The notes beneath the pieces are model-generated. The model saw nothing but the letters and a program-made list of their open reading frames with translations, was not told the origin of the DNA and did not search any database. The translations under genes were made by a program, and so were the position numbers. From Flavobacteriales bacterium (GTDB lineage: Bacteria > Bacteroidota > Bacteroidia > Flavobacteriales_D > Sanyastnellaceae), in the NCBI GenBank assembly GCA_015665315.1, contig JADFAK010000021.1:454-64453 (forward strand): a DNA stretch of 64,000 nt. Reading direction: 5' to 3'. This document shows positions 55,639-64,000 of this stretch, piece by piece (the first letter of the stretch is position 1; each line of letters begins with the position of its first letter).

Positions 55639-56736
55639 TTATGGGTTTAATGAACCGTATTCGATGTTCTTAGACCTGACTGAAGCGGATTCGCAATGGA
55701 GTTTGCGGTAAAACGTCAGGAAAGTGCTGCAAACGTTTTGCAGACTGAATTCAGCATTGGTTTTGGGTGTGCGCTGGGCGAGCAGGGCGTACTCGTCATT
55801 TGAAATAGCTAGACATTCGTTGAGTTGCTTGGCGAGGACCCTTGGCTCGTTGGCTGGATATATAAATCCGTTGTTTCCTTCTGATATTTGGTGTTGGGCG
55901 CCTCCATTGGCACATACGATGGCTGGGGTTCCGCTGTAGATGGCCTCTGTCACGACCAAGCCAAAAGCATCGCCGCGAGAAGTGAAGAGTAAGTACTTAC
56001 TTCGCCAATAGAGTTCGCGCAACTCGTCATGGGTTTTGTTTCCGGCAATTTCTAGGTTGAACTCGTTTTGCATGGATTTTATCGACGACTCAAGCGGACC
56101 GTTACCCACGAAGCAAAATGTCGCGGTGCTGTTATCCATTTGCGGAATCGCGCTTAACAAAACATCCAAACCTTTTACCGGAAGGAAAGAGCCAACAACT
56201 AAGAAATCAATGTCTTTTTCTACGGCTTTCTGGGGCGGATAGAATTTTCTTTTGTCGACACCGGCGCATAGCGTATGATCGGGTTTTACGCCCAATTTAT
56301 CCATGACAGGTTGATGAAGAGCTTGTCCAACAGGCATTATTTTATCGAAGGACTTAATCCATTTTCGGAACAATTTATTCTTCATTCCACTTGCCGGAAG
56401 ATCGTCGTTGATATCGCCCCCGTGCATGGTAACCAATAATTTCGTGCGTGGATGAAAAGCTTTGTACAGCACGGCCGCGGGGGCAAGCATTCCATAAAAG
56501 TGCACGTGGATGACGTCGTAGGATTTGAATAGTTTAGGAATAAACCTCAAATACGCCAATATATATTTCATGTAAGATCCCAGCTTCGAGCTTATCACCT
56601 GTCGCATGCAAAAGATGTCGACTTTCTCGTTGTCCTCGGCAATCTCCTGCAGGTATTCGTATTGCGCCTTCACAAAGATGCCGGAGTAGGGCAGCTCGGA
56701 AGAAGGGTACATGTTTGTTATTAATAATACATTCAT
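55639..56736 (-). CDS. Glycosyltransferase family 4 (GT-B)
   Basis: MNVLLITNMYPS... at the N-terminus and a C-terminal E-x7-E-like region (GDAFGLVVTEAIYSGTPAIV). Confidence 0.75.
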   Translation of the reverse strand: MNVLLITNMYPSSELPYSGIFVKAQYEYLQEIAEDNEKVDIFCMRQVISSKLGSYMKYILAYLRFIPKLFKSYDVIHVHFYGMLAPAAVLYKAFHPRTKLLVTMHGGDINDDLPASGMKNKLFRKWIKSFDKIMPVGQALHQPVMDKLGVKPDHTLCAGVDKRKFYPPQKAVEKDIDFLVVGSFLPVKGLDVLLSAIPQMDNSTATFCFVGNGPLESSIKSMQNEFNLEIAGNKTHDELRELYWRSKYLLFTSRGDAFGLVVTEAIYSGTPAIVCANGGAQHQISEGNNGFIYPANEPRVLAKQLNECLAISNDEYALLAQRTPKTNAEFSLQNVCSTFLTFYRKLHCESASVRSKNIEYGSLNP

Positions 56737-56746
56737 AGGAGTAGGA

Positions 56747-57796
56747 TTAGGTGATTTTGCGAATGACCCAAACCAGGTCGGTATACGCCACATAGGCCGG
56801 ATAAATCAGGAGATTGGCGCTGCTTTCATCGCGGTAGGTTTCAAACTTGCTGGCGTAGGTCCTAAAAGACTCGCGTCCTGTTATATTGTAGATAGCCTTG
56901 ACCTGGTTGGTATGGAGCTTTTGGTACCATGGAGAGCAATAATTCCAGTGATTTCGGAGGTCGGAGACTTTGTTCAGACTATACTTCGTCCAACTGCCGG
57001 TATCGAACATGTGCAAAGAGTTATCGAGTCCGTCAACCCCTTCCTGAAAAAGGGCAAGTGCTTCGGCATTGTCGTCGTTGAGGTATAGATCGTAGAGTCC
57101 GAACAGACTGTACATGAAACCGTTCAAGACATGCGTCGGATTTTCGGGAAGCGGATACTCCTCGTAGAACACACCAAATTCATTGGTTGTGCGCACACCT
57201 CCCTCGGTAATATCTCGATGGAAGGGAGCCAAGGCCGCTCTGGCCGTTTCGACAAAGCGTTCTTCGCCAGTAGTTTCATAAGCTCTTGATAGGACCGAGA
57301 TTCCTAGACCTTGCGCTAGACCTGAGCACCAAGGAGCTTCGACGAGGTATTCGCCTACGGCAACGTCTAGCGTCAATGGCCACTCACCACGGTCGTTGAT
57401 GTTTTCGACCAACCAATTTGCGTTAGCTAAAAATATTTCTTTCTCTTCCTCATTGTCCAAGCGCACCCATTTTTGGTAGGAGCGAATTGCGTTGAGGGAA
57501 AGAGTTACCGGGCTGTATACCAGCTGATTGCTGACGCCCAAAGATTTGATTTTCGAATAGTCGACATAGTACACCTTGTTTTCGTCCAGCTTGATGGCCT
57601 CCTTTTCTTTGACATGGCCAAACGTGAAGTAGTAGTACTTCTCGAAGTTGGAGACATTTTCGACCAGCATTTCTCCATTGCTCAATCCAAAAGTGTGGAT
57701 GCTCCTCACGACGAGGACCACCACGTAGATTGAGATGCATACTAGAATACTTACGCGGGCAAATTTAAATGCCCTGGAGTTCCATAAATTTTTCAT
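56747..57796 (-). CDS. D-glucuronyl C5-epimerase C-terminal-domain-like protein
   Basis: N-terminal TM anchor. WCSGLAQGLGISVLSRAY and HVLNGFMYSLFGLYDLY resemble the heparosan/GlcA C5-epimerase C-terminal domain. Called from memory of the family motifs. Confidence 0.5.
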   Translation of the reverse strand: MKNLWNSRAFKFARVSILVCISIYVVVLVVRSIHTFGLSNGEMLVENVSNFEKYYYFTFGHVKEKEAIKLDENKVYYVDYSKIKSLGVSNQLVYSPVTLSLNAIRSYQKWVRLDNEEEKEIFLANANWLVENINDRGEWPLTLDVAVGEYLVEAPWCSGLAQGLGISVLSRAYETTGEERFVETARAALAPFHRDITEGGVRTTNEFGVFYEEYPLPENPTHVLNGFMYSLFGLYDLYLNDDNAEALALFQEGVDGLDNSLHMFDTGSWTKYSLNKVSDLRNHWNYCSPWYQKLHTNQVKAIYNITGRESFRTYASKFETYRDESSANLLIYPAYVAYTDLVWVIRKIT

Positions 57797-59051
57797 CCTC
57801 GTGGATTTTTTTATAACCAACAACAAAGAAGTAGCCCACTACAATCGCCGTGCTTACAGTCGGACTGTTAATCGCGTGTCCGGCGGAAGAGGAGTGGAGT
57901 ACAAATATTCCTATCATGACAGCAATGGCCATGTCTCGAAATCGACGGCCATTGGTAAAGAATTTAATGCCTAAAAATGCGAGTGCGGCGACTGGAAATC
58001 CGAGCATCATTCCGCCCACAACCCAGCCGTAGGAGCCTACCATATCCATGATGTCTTGCTCAACCCATTTACCTTTGGCATAGGTCTTACCTCCGGTATT
58101 TCCGATCTCGACATACTTGTGAAAGGCAAATGTTCCCTCTCCAAAAACCTGCAAGATGAAGGGTCGGTCATCAATACGTTCTTGTGCCGCTTTCTCCAAG
58201 TGTGCACGTGCACTTTCCTCACCCATGGACTCGAATTTCTCAAGCATGTAGGGGTACTCTTGGATGTAGTCATAGGCGACTTTGATAATAGCCATCGTGC
58301 CAGCCATCATGATGGAAAGCATGGTTACTTTGAAAGTCTGACTCATATTCATATTTCCCTTCCCGTAGAAAATGGGCACGATTAGGAAGAAGATCATCAC
58401 TACTGCCGCGCCCGCTGTTCCTGTTCGCGAACCAGTAACCAGCAGTCCGAGAAAGCAAGTAGCTGCTTGTATGGCTTTGAACAGGTTGAAATTGGCCAAC
58501 ATGCGGTACATGCAGCTGGCGAAGCATAGGAGCAGACAAAGTCCGACGTCGTTTACGGCGATGAAGAAAGATTTTACTCCGTAGCTATTGTCATCGTAGG
58601 TCTTCATACCTACGCCAGTCACAAAAGAGAAAACAAGGAAGCAACCTACGATGAATCCGAAAAGATTGAGCCATTTCATGATGTCGTCAAACTTCATGAG
58701 GTAGTTTTCCTGGAGATAAATGAAATAGGACAGGAGGAAATAGGGGAACATGATCCTCGATAAAAACTCGAGTTCGGTTTTGAGTTCGATGAAATCGGCG
58801 TAATAGTTCCAAATCACGAAGCTCACGCAAAAGAGAAAGAACATGCTGCCAACCCAAACTTTGACAAACTTGTTTTTGACCAGAAAGACGAAGGGCAGGG
58901 TGCAACCCAGAAGTGCTACACGATAAAGTGCTCCTACTGAAACCTCAGATCCTGAAACAAAGAAAATAAGCCCGTTGAAAAAGTCAACGAGCACTGGGAC
59001 AACCAGTATCAGGAAGTTTAGAATGACAAATAGTGAGGATCGCGTGAGCAC
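57765..59051 (-). CDS. O-antigen polymerase/ligase-like (Wzy-type) integral membrane protein
   Basis: About 11 TM segments with one larger loop. GTG start. Position within a polysaccharide locus. Confidence 0.55.
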   Translation of the reverse strand: MLTRSSLFVILNFLILVVPVLVDFFNGLIFFVSGSEVSVGALYRVALLGCTLPFVFLVKNKFVKVWVGSMFFLFCVSFVIWNYYADFIELKTELEFLSRIMFPYFLLSYFIYLQENYLMKFDDIMKWLNLFGFIVGCFLVFSFVTGVGMKTYDDNSYGVKSFFIAVNDVGLCLLLCFASCMYRMLANFNLFKAIQAATCFLGLLVTGSRTGTAGAAVVMIFFLIVPIFYGKGNMNMSQTFKVTMLSIMMAGTMAIIKVAYDYIQEYPYMLEKFESMGEESARAHLEKAAQERIDDRPFILQVFGEGTFAFHKYVEIGNTGGKTYAKGKWVEQDIMDMVGSYGWVVGGMMLGFPVAALAFLGIKFFTNGRRFRDMAIAVMIGIFVLHSSSAGHAINSPTVSTAIVVGYFFVVGYKKIHEDEKFMELQGI

Positions 59052-59063
59052 CGTAGGTGTGTT

Positions 59064-60431
59064 TTAATAGGCGTTTTCTTCTCCTTTGAATACATTGACA
59101 ACCGTGAGCACAACCATTTTTAAGTCAAACCAGATACTCCAGTTTTCGAGGTAGTACACGTCGTGCTTGACTCGGGCTTCCATCAATTCAGGAGTTTCTG
59201 TTCCACCGCGGTATCCACTTACTTGGGCATAGCCCGTGATGCCCGGTTTTACCAAGTGTCGGACCATAAAGCTGTTGATTTCTTTTCCGTAGTCTTCGGT
59301 GTGCTTGAGCATGTGCGGACGAGGACCCACGACGCTCATGTCGCCTACCAGGACGTTGAAGAATTGAGGCAACTCATCGATGCTAGTTTTCCGCATAAAA
59401 GCACCCCATTTCGTAATTCGAGCGTCATGTTTGGTAGCCTGTTGGGCGTCGGATTCACGGTTCACAGTCATCGATCGGAATTTCAGACAGGTAAACGTTT
59501 CATTGTTTCTTCCCGATCTGGCTTGTCCAAAAAACATCGGTCCGGGCATGGTGATTTTCATGATGACAAAAACCACGGGGATCACAAATGGGAAAAGGAA
59601 GAGAATAACCATCAGCGAGAAAATGATGTCGAAACTTCTCTTCACGAATCGGTTCCAAGCACTTTCCAGCGGTTCCTTTCTATAGGTAAAAACTGGCGTA
59701 CTATTGAAAAACTCCAATTCGGCACCGCGACTTAGGAAGCCCTGGAAGTTCATGGCGAATTTGAAGCGTATTAAGTTGTTATCGGCAAATTTTACGATCT
59801 CCTTAATAAGGTCTTTACTCAAATCGGTATGCGCGTAATAGATCTCATGAATCTCATTGCTCTTGCAAAAATTCTTCAGGTCCTCGACGTAATTCAGCGC
59901 GTTGTTATTCCACTTGAAGAAGCCTTTGAATTTATACCCCAGCAGTTTTTGAGTTCCGAAAAAATCGCGCAATTCCACAGCCAAAGGCCCGCTTCCCAAG
60001 ACAACAACATTCTTCGACGCGAAGGAGGTCGGCTTGAAATACTGCATCCATAAACGAAACAAAGTTCTAAGTACGAGCAAGGAAACCAACACGAGGCCTA
60101 CATTGGTGAACATCGATATTTTGGGCAAGTAAAAGTTCTTGACGAAAATGACGTAGGCCATAACAAGGAAAGTCTGCAATGCCATCGTCTTCAACAATCC
60201 ACTCACCAGCCGATCCATCCGTTCGAGGTTGGAAATCTGGTAGGTTCGAATCACAATCACCGAAGCCAACCATGCCACATTGAAAAAATATAGCAGTGAC
60301 AAATCGTTACCAAAAGGATCGAACACACCTCGTTGTGAAGAGAAGAATGTGTATCGGAAAATTAGGTTGATCACCAGGAATTCTACCAAGAATAGAAAGA
60401 GCTGGCTGTATCGCATAATGCGCTTATCCAT
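59064..60431 (-). CDS. Polyprenyl-phosphate sugar phosphotransferase (WbaP/WcaJ-type initiating enzyme)
   Basis: N-terminal TM block, a central Rossmann-like domain and the C-terminal bacterial sugar-transferase domain (KRSFDIIFS...GPRP...PGITGYAQV). ATG at 60431 preferred over the GTG at 60659. Confidence 0.8.
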   Translation of the reverse strand: MDKRIMRYSQLFLFLVEFLVINLIFRYTFFSSQRGVFDPFGNDLSLLYFFNVAWLASVIVIRTYQISNLERMDRLVSGLLKTMALQTFLVMAYVIFVKNFYLPKISMFTNVGLVLVSLLVLRTLFRLWMQYFKPTSFASKNVVVLGSGPLAVELRDFFGTQKLLGYKFKGFFKWNNNALNYVEDLKNFCKSNEIHEIYYAHTDLSKDLIKEIVKFADNNLIRFKFAMNFQGFLSRGAELEFFNSTPVFTYRKEPLESAWNRFVKRSFDIIFSLMVILFLFPFVIPVVFVIMKITMPGPMFFGQARSGRNNETFTCLKFRSMTVNRESDAQQATKHDARITKWGAFMRKTSIDELPQFFNVLVGDMSVVGPRPHMLKHTEDYGKEINSFMVRHLVKPGITGYAQVSGYRGGTETPELMEARVKHDVYYLENWSIWFDLKMVVLTVVNVFKGEENAY

Positions 60432-60576
60432 ACTTAAAAGAGTTGTAAGTTCTACTTCTTGGAACGAATGTACAGTCGGAATGAACCTATTAACGTGGGG
60501 GGCAAACCGTAGTTCTTGTCTGAATAGGACGACAAGCGTAGGAATGAATGAAGCTGGAAGTTCACGTTTTTTGATG

Positions 60577-60814
60577 AAGCCTTCGGCAAACGCGAGTCTG
60601 CCCTGAGTTTTCAAAGTTTCTCCTTGGTAATTAAGCCTTCGGCAAATGCTTGTCTGCACCTAATCCTTCCTATTCGTGTTTTTGATTAAGCCTTCGGCAA
60701 ATGCGAGTCTGCCCTGAGTTTTCAAAGTTTCTCCTTGGTAATTAAGCCTTCGGCAAATGCTTGTCTGCACTAAATCCTTCCTATTCGTGTTTTTGATTTA
60801 GCCTTCGGCAAATG
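60577..60814. repeat. 111-bp tandem repeat (2.1 copies) carrying five AAGCCTTCGGCAAA boxes
   Basis: Copy 1 is 60577-60687, copy 2 is 60688-60798, and a partial third copy follows. Boxes lie at 60577, 60633, 60688, 60744 and 60799 (alternating 56/55-bp spacing). The repeat lies 146-383 nt upstream of the operon start. Confidence 0.85.
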
Positions 60815-61106
60815 ATTAAACAGACCTACATTTTGACGTGTCACATGCAATTATGTGATGTCCCAGTTATAGAAGTTTTGTGGATGAAGGCGTTTGGGTA
60901 CTGGTTCAAATCCTGTCTTGGTTTTAATGGGTCCTCGAAAAGCCCTTTGTTTGCTGGGTGTTCAACGCATGCGGGTGAGCATTTGGGAAAAAAAAAAGGG
61001 CGTGCCAGCGTTTGCACTTACAAAGGAAATCGCGCACTTACAAAACGGATGGGTCAATTTGGCCTTGTTTTAAAGAGCGAGCGAAATTGATCTATATACT
61101 TGTGCT

Positions 61107-61808
61107 ATGTTGGATTTCGTCGAACGTAGTCAGTTAGAAATTGCCAAGGTCAAAAAAGACCTCATGGAAGGCAATAAACGCCATATGAATTCTGCATGGG
61201 AGCACCCTGGATTGTCCCATGATAAGCAGAATGACCAGAGCTTTTTCATGCGGCCGAATGCGGTCGTGTTGTGTGGTTCTGATTGTAGGGTCGTCCCACA
61301 TTTCATCTTCGATCAAGGTCTGGGGACTTTGCAGGTCGTCCAGACTGGCGGTCCGGCTGCTAGTCCAGAAACCCTTGCGGCGATTGATTATGCCGTTCTC
61401 GAACAGGCATGTCGCGTCATCATTGTCCTGTGTACTGAAGATGATCCTGTCATGCGGGCGGCCATGGATTACGGCGAACATGGGGAAAATATAGCCAGTC
61501 AGTCAAGAAAATTTTACAAAACCTTTAGTTGGGCGGCAAGTGAAGGTCCGCGTGACATTGCGACCATGAACGCATTGTACGTGGCCTATAAGTGCACCTT
61601 GCACAGCGAAGCAGTCCGCAAAAGAGTAAATCACGGTGTCTTAGAGGTCATTCCAGCATTGCACAACGTGCTTACAGGAGAGGTGACTTTTTTACCGTTT
61701 TGGACTCCCGAAGATCCGAAACCATCAGATGTGGTTGAGGCCAACATTCGAAAGAGAATTTTAGCCGATGGGGGAGACCCATTGACTATGAGAAGAGAAC
61801 ATTCGTAG
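61107..61808 (+). CDS. Beta-carbonic-anhydrase-like protein lacking the zinc ligands
   Basis: VVLCGSDCRVVPHFIFDQGLGTLQVVQTGG aligns with the CxDxR...IFD...G.LFV.R..GN block. The expected GHxxCG position reads LCTEDDP. Confidence 0.5.
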   Translation: MLDFVERSQLEIAKVKKDLMEGNKRHMNSAWEHPGLSHDKQNDQSFFMRPNAVVLCGSDCRVVPHFIFDQGLGTLQVVQTGGPAASPETLAAIDYAVLEQACRVIIVLCTEDDPVMRAAMDYGEHGENIASQSRKFYKTFSWAASEGPRDIATMNALYVAYKCTLHSEAVRKRVNHGVLEVIPALHNVLTGEVTFLPFWTPEDPKPSDVVEANIRKRILADGGDPLTMRREHS

Positions 61809-61835
61809 ACTATGAATGGATAATTGCCTTAGTAG

Positions 61836-61868
61836 AAAAGGCTGTCAACGGAGGGTTGGCAGCCTTTT
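61836..61868. terminator. Bidirectional terminator hairpin
   Basis: aaaggctgtcaac-N5-gttggcagccttt between convergent genes. Confidence 0.55.
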
Positions 61869-61890
61869 CCTTTATAGGATGTTTTCAATT

Positions 61891-62577
61891 TCAATTCATA
61901 TACACCTCGGTATCCACAGTTCGATACCGGCCATAAACAATGCCGCCAGCCGAAGTAGCTTGCTGGATGCCAGGCGAAAGGGTACGCTCCATGAAAAAAT
62001 CGGCATTGCCCTCTAGCAACTCCATCAATTGATCCGTGGCCAAAATGATACTCTCGGCACCTTCATCGTTTTCGAGGAAAATCTGGGTGTCATGTTTAAG
62101 GTCTCCATTGATCCACAAGGTGACTAGTTCGCCCGAAAGGAGCGCACCACCGTCCCAGAATAGTTCGAAAGCTGCATCGCGCGGAATGGTATCCAAATCT
62201 GCAGGAAAGGCGATCGTAGGGATGCTTGCTGAATTTGAAAACGTGTTTCCCTCCAAGTCTTCGTACACAAAGGTGCCTTCGTCTACCAATCCAGCCATGT
62301 CCAATTCATAGTATGCAAATCCATTTTGCCATGGCACGTTTTGATCGTTAAAAGTGATCGAAGCTCCTTCTGAAAGCTCAAGATGTGTACCGCTGGCATT
62401 GCTAAAACGGAAGACAACCTTGGCGTAGGTTTTGTCTTCATTGGCGTCGTAACGCAAATCGTAACTTGTCCAAATAGTATCCTGATTTACGGTGTCAGAC
62501 TCCTCTCGATTGCAGCTGGTTAATGCTAGCAATCCCAAGAATGCAAAGACCAGAACTTTGCCTTGAAAATTTCTCAT
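61891..62577 (-). CDS. Hypothetical lipoprotein
   Basis: ATG at 62577 gives MRNFQGKVLVFAFLGLLALTSC (lipobox). No family recognised. Confidence 0.5.
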   Translation of the reverse strand: MRNFQGKVLVFAFLGLLALTSCNREESDTVNQDTIWTSYDLRYDANEDKTYAKVVFRFSNASGTHLELSEGASITFNDQNVPWQNGFAYYELDMAGLVDEGTFVYEDLEGNTFSNSASIPTIAFPADLDTIPRDAAFELFWDGGALLSGELVTLWINGDLKHDTQIFLENDEGAESIILATDQLMELLEGNADFFMERTLSPGIQQATSAGGIVYGRYRTVDTEVYMN

Positions 62578-62730
62578 GCGTGTAATTTTAGGTTTCACAT
62601 TTGCCGATAGGCTCAATACAAAGTTAACGCCTCGAAGCAGGTGAATGGTATTGGGAGCCAAGAATTTATACCCAACGGAGGTGAGTTTATGGCAAGCAAT
62701 AAGTTTGAAGAGAAGAATAGGAAGTGCAGA

Positions 62731-63600
62731 CTAGCCGAGAACCTCAGCCATCTTAGCGCCAATGGCAGCAGGAGAATCAACAACGTGAATTCCACATTCG
62801 GCCATGATCTTCTTTTTCGCCGCAGCCGACTCGCCTTCACCAGATACAATCGCTCCAGCGTGACCCATCGTTCTACCAACAGGAGCAGTCTCACCGGCGA
62901 TAAAACCAACGACTGGCTTCGTGCCATTTTCCTTGATCCATCGAGCAGCTTTCGCTTCGAGGTCTCCACCAATCTCACCGATCATCACGATTCCTTTTGT
63001 ATCGTCATCTTCCATGAACAATTGAACAGCCTCCAGGGTAGTTGTACCGATAATCGGGTCTCCCCCAATACCAATGGCAGTAGTGATTCCCAAGCCAGCT
63101 TTTACAATCTGATCGGCAGCCTCATACGTAAGCGTTCCAGACTTAGAAACGATACCTACTGTACCGGCTTGGAAAACGAATCCAGGCATAATACCCACTT
63201 TCGCCTCTCCTGCAGTGATCACACCCGGACAGTTTGGACCTACCAAGCGGCAATCTTTGTCGGTCAAGTATTCTTTGACCATCACCATGTCTTTTACAGG
63301 AATGCCTTCCGTAATCGCAACGATTACCTTGATCCCGGCTTCAGCAGCTTCCATCATCGCATCGGCTGCAAATGCTGGTGGAACAAAAATGATGGATACA
63401 TCAGCTCCAGTAGTTTTGACAGCGTCGGCTACCGTGTTAAATACAGGCTTGCCCAAATGCTCGGTTCCACCTTTACCAGGTGTTACTCCTCCAACGATTT
63501 GAGTTCCGTATTCAATGCACTGTTCAGCGTGAAAAGTTCCTTCCTTTCCAGTGAATCCTTGTACGATAACTTTTGACTGCTTATTGACTAATACGCTCAT
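62731..63600 (-). CDS. sucD: Succinyl-CoA synthetase alpha subunit
   Basis: [24 protein letters not shown]... and the catalytic His loop GHAGAI. Confidence 0.93.
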   Translation of the reverse strand: MSVLVNKQSKVIVQGFTGKEGTFHAEQCIEYGTQIVGGVTPGKGGTEHLGKPVFNTVADAVKTTGADVSIIFVPPAFAADAMMEAAEAGIKVIVAITEGIPVKDMVMVKEYLTDKDCRLVGPNCPGVITAGEAKVGIMPGFVFQAGTVGIVSKSGTLTYEAADQIVKAGLGITTAIGIGGDPIIGTTTLEAVQLFMEDDDTKGIVMIGEIGGDLEAKAARWIKENGTKPVVGFIAGETAPVGRTMGHAGAIVSGEGESAAAKKKIMAECGIHVVDSPAAIGAKMAEVLG

Positions 63601-63763
63601 GGTCTCTTTTTTGCGAGTGCGAAGGTATGAAAAGTTAAATAGTTCACGAATCTAATAGCAGCGTTTTTCACCTGTCCATTTCAAGTCCTCTACGCCACTC
63701 CAGCTCGTGGTATACTTTCTTCTTCATGATTCAGTTTTACCGTCAAAAAACTAACTTCGCGGC

Positions 63764-64000
63764 ATGTATCAACTAGTCCGTACAGACACCATTTGTGCAA
63801 TCAGTACAGCACCGGGAGTAGGCGCCATTGCGGTGATCCGACTTTCGGGTGATAAGGCCATCGAAATTTGCAATCCACTGTTTTCAGGAGATATAGAGGC
63901 CATGGATTCTCATACGGTTAAGTATGGCGCTATGCGCAAAGGCGGAATTTTACTCGACGAAGTGGTGGTTACCTTGTTCAAAGGACCAAATTCCTATACG
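63764..64000 (+). CDS. mnmE: tRNA modification GTPase MnmE, N-terminal part (3' end outside window)
   Basis: MYQLVRTDTICAISTAPGVGAIAVIRLSG... The frame stays open to the window edge. Confidence 0.85.
   Translation, partial: MYQLVRTDTICAISTAPGVGAIAVIRLSGDKAIEICNPLFSGDIEAMDSHTVKYGAMRKGGILLDEVVVTLFKGPNSYT

Noticed and set aside
60432-60659. A 76-codon N-terminal extension of the WbaP-type ORF (GTG at 60659).
   Set aside because: The extension is encoded by the 111-bp tandem repeat and has no membrane-protein character. The conserved protein begins at MDKRIMRYSQLFLFL... (ATG 60431).
62641-63576. A 311-aa plus-strand ORF.
   Set aside because: It is antisense to sucD, whose identity is unambiguous. 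The translation is low-complexity (S/R/N-rich), as expected for a shadow ORF.

Overview
This 64-kb chromosomal window looks like a Bacteroidota, Flavobacteriales-like genome. The evidence is T9SS-type C-terminal sorting domains, a tmRNA with a ...YALAA tag, TAnnTTTG-type -7 boxes and the gene content; the taxon is an inference. I call about 40 protein genes and one tmRNA.

Core genes: lhgO-like oxidase, LOR/SDH-like oxidoreductase, DPP-IV, Tex, a DEAD-box helicase, TypA/BipA, SucD and MnmE. The 5' OmpA-family and 3' MnmE ORFs are cut by the window edges.

Three accessory blocks:
1. 6.8-17.1 kb and 34.1-42.8 kb: large secreted, Cys-rich proteins (M36 fungalysin-like protease, beta-helix proteins, PKD protein). 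Most carry the same Cys-framed dockerin/EF-hand-like C-terminal module instead of a T9SS tail. This block includes a tandemly duplicated two-gene cassette whose first gene is a stand-alone 85-aa dockerin-like mini-protein.
2. 17.5-19.3 kb: ssrA followed by two displaced copies of its own 3' end that bracket a higBA toxin-antitoxin pair. I read this as a decayed integrated island.
3. 50.7-60.4 kb: a minus-strand polysaccharide biosynthesis operon preceded by a 111-bp tandem repeat.

Several intergenic repeat families are present: TCTCGC-rich about 38-bp units, a duplicated double-hairpin module and short hairpin elements. I saw no CRISPR array, rRNA, tRNA, transposase or integrase.

The strongest candidate for something new is the dockerin-like address-tag family with its mini-dockerin cassettes. 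I could not recognise a cohesin-like partner for it.

All homology calls come from motif recognition by eye, not from searches.
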